64,000 bases of DNA, taken from positions 57,099 through 121,098 of the forward strand of contig DIFW01000017.1 of NCBI GenBank assembly GCA_002419295.1. The letters run 5' to 3'. Source of the DNA: Patescibacteria group bacterium UBA5738. GTDB lineage: Bacteria; Patescibacteriota; Minisyncoccia; Minisyncoccales; UBA5738. Shown here piece after piece: positions 58,739 to 64,000 of this stretch (positions are counted from its first letter, which is position 1; each line of letters begins with the position of its first letter). The notes under the pieces are model-generated. The model saw nothing but the letters and a program-made list of their open reading frames with translations. It was not told the DNA's origin and did not search any database. The translations under genes and the position numbers were made by a program.

Positions 58739-58820
58739 GGATTCATTTTACCATAAAAAAAGCTTTTCCGAATTTATCTATTGACAATATCTTGGGTTTT
58801 TATACAATAATGATTGGATT

Positions 58821-59876
58821 ATGAGTATTATTCTCCAACTGAAAAATTTCGCCAAACTACTCCTCGCCGGAGCGGTTTTGTTTGCCGTCTGCTCCGTGAT
58901 CTCCCGGCAGGTATCTCAGCGCGCTTCGGCCGGAATTAACGATGATTTTTGCGCCGAAACCAAAATGTTTGCTCATGCCGGCGAGCAGGCGAAGCCCGAA
59001 TCGCCGGATTATCTTTTGGCGGGCGAAGGATGCGTTAAAGCCGCGGTCCCGCCGGTGGCGATTACACCTCGGGTTTTGGCGGCGATTACCGGCGATTTTT
59101 CGGAGAACAAAGCGCAAGAAGAACAACAAAACACCATTATTGAGTATGAAATCACCGGCGACGAAACGCTGTCAAGCTTGGCCGAAAAGTTTAACATCAG
59201 CGTTGACAGCATCGCGTGGGCGAACAATCTTTCCAAAAACGCGGATTTGAAAACGGGAGAGAAATTGGTCATTCCGCCGGTAAGCGGGGTGATCCATCAC
59301 GCGGTCGCGGGCGATACGATCGGGCAGATTGCCAAAAAATACCAAGCGAAATCGGAAGAAATCGTTGCCTTCAACGGCCTTGCCGGCGAGAATGATATTT
59401 TTATCGGTGATATTCTGATGGTTCCCGGCGGCAAGATCGTTGTTCCTCCCGCGCAAAAGCCGGCGGCGGCAAAAACCGCGGTGCAGGCTCCCGCGCGCGC
59501 ATCGGGATTGTCGGCGATGCCGGCGGACTATTTCTTGTGTCCGGTGGGAGCGGCTTGCAAAAAAACGCAAGGATTGCATTTCTACAACGCGGTTGATTTG
59601 ACCGGAGGATATTGCGGCGCGCCAATATACGCCGCGGCGTCGGGAATCGTGGTCAAGGCGGTAACCGGCGGCTGGAACGGCGGTGCCGGCAATAATATCA
59701 CCATTTCCCATATGTCCGGCACGATAACAACTCATTATTATCATTTGCAAACAATTTTGGTAAAAGCGGGACAAGAAGTGAAAAAGGGCGACTTGATCGG
59801 TACGATGGGAAAAACCGGCAATTCGACCGGTTGCCATCTCCACTTCGGCGTGGGCGGCGCGGCCAACCCTTTTTAA
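58821..59876 (+). CDS. LysM-domain M23 family peptidase
   Basis: N-terminal TM helix, two LysM repeats (GDETLSSLAEKFNISVDSIAWANNL and GDTIGQIAKKYQAKSEEIVAFNGL), and a C-terminal M23 domain with HYYH...GCHLHFGV metal-binding motifs. Confidence 0.8.
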   Translation: MSIILQLKNFAKLLLAGAVLFAVCSVISRQVSQRASAGINDDFCAETKMFAHAGEQAKPESPDYLLAGEGCVKAAVPPVAITPRVLAAITGDFSENKAQEEQQNTIIEYEITGDETLSSLAEKFNISVDSIAWANNLSKNADLKTGEKLVIPPVSGVIHHAVAGDTIGQIAKKYQAKSEEIVAFNGLAGENDIFIGDILMVPGGKIVVPPAQKPAAAKTAVQAPARASGLSAMPADYFLCPVGAACKKTQGLHFYNAVDLTGGYCGAPIYAAASGIVVKAVTGGWNGGAGNNITISHMSGTITTHYYHLQTILVKAGQEVKKGDLIGTMGKTGNSTGCHLHFGVGGAANPF

Positions 59877-59931
59877 GGGGCTTTTATAAATAAAATTTCA
59901 GACTGCAATCCCAACCGCTTCACGGCGGTTT

Positions 59932-61452
59932 TTAAATTAATTCGGGGGGCCGATATGATAGCGCTTCGGAAATGTGATCAGAAGTAATATTTTCTTTTCC
60001 GTCCATATCGGCAATGGTGCGGCTTACTTTCAGCACGCGATGATAGCCGCGCGCGGAAATTTTGGAAGAATTTACCGCGGCTTTCATCAGCAGTTCGGAA
60101 TCTTTGTCCATGCGGCAAAATTGCTTGATTTGGTCAATATTCATCTCGGCGTTGGTTTGGTCTTTGCCGAAGCGGGATTTTTGAATTTCGCGGCAGCGGC
60201 AGACTCGATCTTTTATATTTTGCGCCAAATCGTTTTGTTCCGGTGCGGGATTGGCCAATTTGTCATATTTTACCGCCGGAACATTGATAAACAGATCAAT
60301 GCGGTCCATCAGCGGTCCGGAGAGTTTTTTGCGGTACATTCTGATTTGCGCGGGTGTGCAAACGCAAGGTTTTTCCGGATTGCCGAAATTCCCGCACGGG
60401 CAGGGATTGGAGGCCAGGACGAGCATAAAGCGCGCCGGCAGCGACATTGCGTGCCGCGCCCGCAAAACATTGATAGCTCCTTCCTCTATCGGTTGCCGCA
60501 AAGATTCCAGCGCGTCGCGATGAAATTCAGGGAATTCATCCAAAAAAAGAACACCGCGATGTGCCAAGGTGATTTCGCCCGGCCGGGGAGGGTTGCCGCC
60601 GCCGATTAGCGCGGCATCCGAAGTTGTGTGGTGCGGCGCGCGAAAGGGGCGGTTTGAAATCAAGGAGCCGCTGTTTAACAGGCCGCAAACGCTGTATATT
60701 TTGGTGACTTCCAGCGATTCTTCAAAAGAAAGCGGCGGGATAATGTCGGGCAGGGTTTTTGCCAGCAGGGTTTTTCCGGTGCCCGGAGGACCCCACATGG
60801 AAAGATTATGGCCGCCCCCGGCCACGATTTCCAACGCTCGTTTGGCCGATTCTTGTCCGGCGATTGATGCCATGCCGTTGACGACAACGCTTTTGAATTC
60901 CGTTTCCGCCGGTTTTTCCGCCGGCTCGATGTTTATTTTTCCTTCCAGATAATCAATCGCGTGAGAAAGGGTTCTGACCCCAATCGCGCGAATGCCGTCA
61001 ATCAGCGCCGCTTCGCTTGCGTTTGCTTCGGGAAGGATGATTTCTTTGATTCCCTTTTGCCGGCAAGCGATGGCGAAACAAACCGCGCCTTTGGCTGGCC
61101 GCAAACGGCCGTCAAGCGCCAATTCTCCCAAAAAAATTTTTTCGTTCGGATCAAACCGTATTTTTTTATCGGCCAAAAGATAGCCCAGAGCGATGGGAAG
61201 GTCGTAAAGAGTGCCTTCTTTTTTTAAATCGGCGGGCGCCAAAGAAACCAAAACTTTCACCGGTTCGTGGTGCGGCGGCTTAAATCCCGCGCTTTCAATC
61301 GCCGCCCCTACCCTTTCTTTGGCTTCTTGGACGGATTTATCGGGCAAGCCGACAACATCAAACCGGCGCAGGCCGTAGGAAGCATCAACTTCAATTTCAA
61401 TTAGTTGCGCGTCCAATCCGGTGATGGCCGCGGAAAAAATTTTAGAAAGCAC
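59932..61452 (-). CDS. comM: YifB/ComM family Mg-chelatase-like AAA+ ATPase
   Basis: 506 aa. MLSKIFSAAITGLDAQLIEIEVD...Lon-like N-domain, Walker A GPPGTGKT, and a C-terminal ChlI-like region. Confidence 0.8.
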   Translation of the reverse strand: MLSKIFSAAITGLDAQLIEIEVDASYGLRRFDVVGLPDKSVQEAKERVGAAIESAGFKPPHHEPVKVLVSLAPADLKKEGTLYDLPIALGYLLADKKIRFDPNEKIFLGELALDGRLRPAKGAVCFAIACRQKGIKEIILPEANASEAALIDGIRAIGVRTLSHAIDYLEGKINIEPAEKPAETEFKSVVVNGMASIAGQESAKRALEIVAGGGHNLSMWGPPGTGKTLLAKTLPDIIPPLSFEESLEVTKIYSVCGLLNSGSLISNRPFRAPHHTTSDAALIGGGNPPRPGEITLAHRGVLFLDEFPEFHRDALESLRQPIEEGAINVLRARHAMSLPARFMLVLASNPCPCGNFGNPEKPCVCTPAQIRMYRKKLSGPLMDRIDLFINVPAVKYDKLANPAPEQNDLAQNIKDRVCRCREIQKSRFGKDQTNAEMNIDQIKQFCRMDKDSELLMKAAVNSSKISARGYHRVLKVSRTIADMDGKENITSDHISEALSYRPPELI

Positions 61453-61563
61453 GTTGAATTTAAATTTAATCCGGTATTTAATCCGGCAAGAATGATTCGC
61501 TTACGCCGGCGATGCTTTACCGGTCCGTGGCGCAACGAAGCAAAACGGAGGATTAAATAATCC

Positions 61564-61932
61564 TTATTGCTGGCAATCCACGCAAAACGGCGCTTCGGGA
61601 AAAATTTCCAACCGCGCCATGGGAATTTGCTTGCCGCATTTTTCGCATTTGCCATAATTGCCATTTTTGATTTTAGCGAGCGCTACATTGATCGCGGCCA
61701 GCTTTGTTTCAAGATTTCGTTCAAGTGAAAGGCGATTGGTATATTCTTCAACTTCGTCCGCCTGCCGTTCCAGAGAAGAGGTTCCGGCATCGCCTCCGCC
61801 ATACGGAAATTTGCTCTGCCAGTCGCCGGGAACATTTTTATTGGGAACGGCAATTTTGTTTAGTTCGGCTTCCGCGGCGATTTTTTCCTCTTTCAGTTTT
61901 TTTTCAAATTGATCCAATGTTTGTTTTGCCAT
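61564..61932 (-). CDS. DksA/TraR family C4-type zinc-finger protein
   Basis: Start trimmed to MAKQTLDQFEKKL. Coiled-coil N-terminus and C-terminal CEKCGKQI...FCVDCQ four-Cys finger. Confidence 0.6.
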   Translation of the reverse strand: MAKQTLDQFEKKLKEEKIAAEAELNKIAVPNKNVPGDWQSKFPYGGGDAGTSSLERQADEVEEYTNRLSLERNLETKLAAINVALAKIKNGNYGKCEKCGKQIPMARLEIFPEAPFCVDCQQ

Positions 61933-62005
61933 TTTTTTGTGATTATTATTCGAGGGCTTAAAGAAAAAGCGCCCCGCGCGGCTTCGTCTTGATTTTACCC
62001 CCCTT

Positions 62006-64000
62006 TTATTCTTTTGGCAATCGGTCAAATATTCCGGACATGGAATTGTTCGAAGTTGAGAAAACGAAATACTTTTGCCGGTAACTTATCCAAGCAATCG
62101 CGAATTCATCTTCCGCGGGAGAAAAACTCATCAGTTTGTAAGAGGTTTGGGCGCTACCGGATGTGCTGAATTTCAACGCGTCGTTATCGGCGGAAGTTTT
62201 TCGGCCCAAGAGGTGAAAAAAGTTTTCGGTGTCTTTGACGATACTGCCTTCCCAGCCGCTCATTGCCGTTTCAATCAGGCTGGCATTAATAACCGGCGAC
62301 ACGAGTCCGATGCGATTTTTCCCGTTGTTGGCAAAAATGAAAAATTCACATTCATCGTTGATTGAATTGTAAAAAACTGAGGGTGCGTTTATTTTATAAA
62401 TAGCAAAAAATTGTTTCAGGCCGATTTTTTTATCGGTGGCCCGGTTGATAATTACGAGTTTATAATATCCGTTGGCGTCAAATTTTTTACGCAAGTATGG
62501 CGAAATTAAATTGGGTATGTTGGCGGGGTCGTCGGTATAGATCGTTACCGGCGATGGCATGGCGGATAAAATTGATTTATTTTCCGCCGGCGTTTGCGGC
62601 TCTGATTTTGCCGGCGTTTCAACCGTTGCCGGCTTTTTAACAACCGGGGCGTTGCCGTTTTTACTCATAATGATTATCAGCGTTATTGCTAAAATTCCGG
62701 CCAGCGCCAGAATTACCATCATTCTCGCGAAAAATTTATTTTTTCCGGATTTATCCATCGGTTGCTCAAAATCGGGTTGCGGTTGAACTGCGGCGATCTC
62801 GTTTGCCATCGTCGACGTATTTATTGCGCCGGTATTCGTCGGGATTGTGGTTTTTTTGATTTGCTGCCACCGGCTTTCCAATCTCGCTGCGACGGGAGTT
62901 AAAATTTCTTCCTCTTGTTTTGGCTCTTCTGTTATTTTTTTCGCGACTACGGGCTCAAACGGCGGCGCGCTTGGCCTCTGGATGTTTGGTTTGGAGCTAC
63001 TTTCCAAAGGATCTTTTTGGGCAAAAGCGCGGATGTTTTTTGCCGGAGACGCTTCCACTTGCTCGCGGTATATCGCGCCGTTTCGCGCCGCCATTTTGGC
63101 GATATCTTCCGCACTCGGGGCCGCGTTCTTGGCCGTTTCGCCGGCCGGTTTTGCCGCAACAATATTATTTTTTGTTTCTTGTTCGTTGCCGGTTTTTGGC
63201 TCTTCCTTTTTCGTTTCGGGAATATCCGTTTTTTTGATTTGGCTTCCGGTCGGGGTTTCGATATTTGTTTGCGGAGCTTTTTCGGCGGGATTATCCGGCA
63301 AACCGCTATCTTTGTTTTGATTGTTTTGGATCGATTTTTTCGTTTCTTGCGCCGGAGAACTTTGGGCCGTTTCTTTGTTTTGGGATTCTATTTCTTGAGC
63401 CGGAGTTTGATTTATTTTTGAATTTTCGGGTTCGCTTTTTCTTTCCTCGGATTTGTTTTGACCAATTTTTTTTTCTTCGGGCTTGTCTTGTTGAGCGGCT
63501 TTTTTTGCCGGTTCTTCTTCCAATTGGACGATATCTGCCAAGATTTCGGGATTAAAATTGACGCCGTTTTCTTCCAAAAGGCGGCGGATAGTGTCGCGCA
63601 ACGCGCGAACCGGCAGGCCGTCTTTCTCCAAGTTAACTTGGGCGGCCATGATTTTGTTTTGAATGGCGTCTATTTTGGAGTTGAATAAGTTTATTTTTTC
63701 TTTTACGGAGTTTAATTGCGTTTCCGCTTGCTTGAATTTTTCTTCTTCCGACCATTTTTTTTCCACAATCGACTTGAGCTTGTTGTTGGCTTCCCATCTT
63801 GATTGTTCTATTTCCCTCTTTTTAGCGGGGTCCGACTCTTTGGCTTCTTGGTTTTCGATTGTGTTGATCCGGCTTGAAAGTAAAGCCTCTTCTTCCGACA
63901 GAAGAGATAATTCTTGTTGGATTTTTGCTTTTCTGTTTTCTGCGGCGGTAAAATCGGGAGATACCGCTTCTTTTTCGGTAATAATTTTTAAAATATCTTC
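62006..64000 (-). CDS. Large hypothetical protein: coiled-coil, K/E/P low-complexity segment, one TM helix and a C-terminal globular domain (N-terminus beyond window end)
   Basis: The reading frame stays open upstream of the GTG at 63766 to the window edge (...EDILKIITEKEAV...KKWSEEEKF). TM helix ILALAGILAITLIIIM. No family recognised. Confidence 0.35.
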   Translation of the reverse strand, partial: EDILKIITEKEAVSPDFTAAENRKAKIQQELSLLSEEEALLSSRINTIENQEAKESDPAKKREIEQSRWEANNKLKSIVEKKWSEEEKFKQAETQLNSVKEKINLFNSKIDAIQNKIMAAQVNLEKDGLPVRALRDTIRRLLEENGVNFNPEILADIVQLEEEPAKKAAQQDKPEEKKIGQNKSEERKSEPENSKINQTPAQEIESQNKETAQSSPAQETKKSIQNNQNKDSGLPDNPAEKAPQTNIETPTGSQIKKTDIPETKKEEPKTGNEQETKNNIVAAKPAGETAKNAAPSAEDIAKMAARNGAIYREQVEASPAKNIRAFAQKDPLESSSKPNIQRPSAPPFEPVVAKKITEEPKQEEEILTPVAARLESRWQQIKKTTIPTNTGAINTSTMANEIAAVQPQPDFEQPMDKSGKNKFFARMMVILALAGILAITLIIIMSKNGNAPVVKKPATVETPAKSEPQTPAENKSILSAMPSPVTIYTDDPANIPNLISPYLRKKFDANGYYKLVIINRATDKKIGLKQFFAIYKINAPSVFYNSINDECEFFIFANNGKNRIGLVSPVINASLIETAMSGWEGSIVKDTENFFHLLGRKTSADNDALKFSTSGSAQTSYKLMSFSPAEDEFAIAWISYRQKYFVFSTSNNSMSGIFDRLPKE

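Overview
This 64 kb window looks like a compact, gene-dense bacterial chromosome segment with a Patescibacteria/CPR-like gene style: short FtsH, YidC, S1 and IF-2, weak Shine-Dalgarno sequences, and type IV pilins with a KARDARR motif. It spans the chromosomal origin. rpmH-rnpA-yidC-jag lie on the + strand next to dnaA-dnaN on the - strand, and perfect DnaA boxes sit in both flanking intergenic regions. Housekeeping content comprises five aminoacyl-tRNA synthetases (partial metG, glyQS, ileS, tyrS), ribosomal proteins (S1-like, L19, S20, L34), infB/rbfA, ftsH, holA, ruvC, PBP1A, rsmI/rsmA, tsaE and seven tRNAs. Accessory content, in window order: (i) four tandem paralogous type IV pilin genes with near-identical 5' ends and divergent 3' domains. 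(ii) ileS carrying an embedded histidine-phosphatase (PGAM-like, RHG motif) domain of about 190 aa. (iii) A BrnT/BrnA toxin-antitoxin pair. (iv) A sensor-kinase operon whose membrane sensor and kinase halves are separated by one frameshift at an A7 tract, followed by two receiver-only response regulators. (v) A GspE/PilB-type ATPase. (vi) The most interesting region, a type IV secretion (T4SS)-like locus beside the origin. It has a VirB4-like ATPase interrupted by a single in-frame TAA, VirB3-, VirB6- and VirB2-like membrane proteins, and two giant paralogous Cys-rich repeat surface proteins (859 and 995 aa) whose C-termini end in VirB2/TrbC pilin-like helical hairpins. This locus lies partly in an A/T-richer island that also carries a HicB-like gene with a truncated hicA and a 170-bp MITE with 14-bp terminal inverted repeats and an 8-bp target-site duplication. 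No rRNA or CRISPR array was seen. All calls come from reading translated ORFs and the nucleotide sequence. No database search was run.
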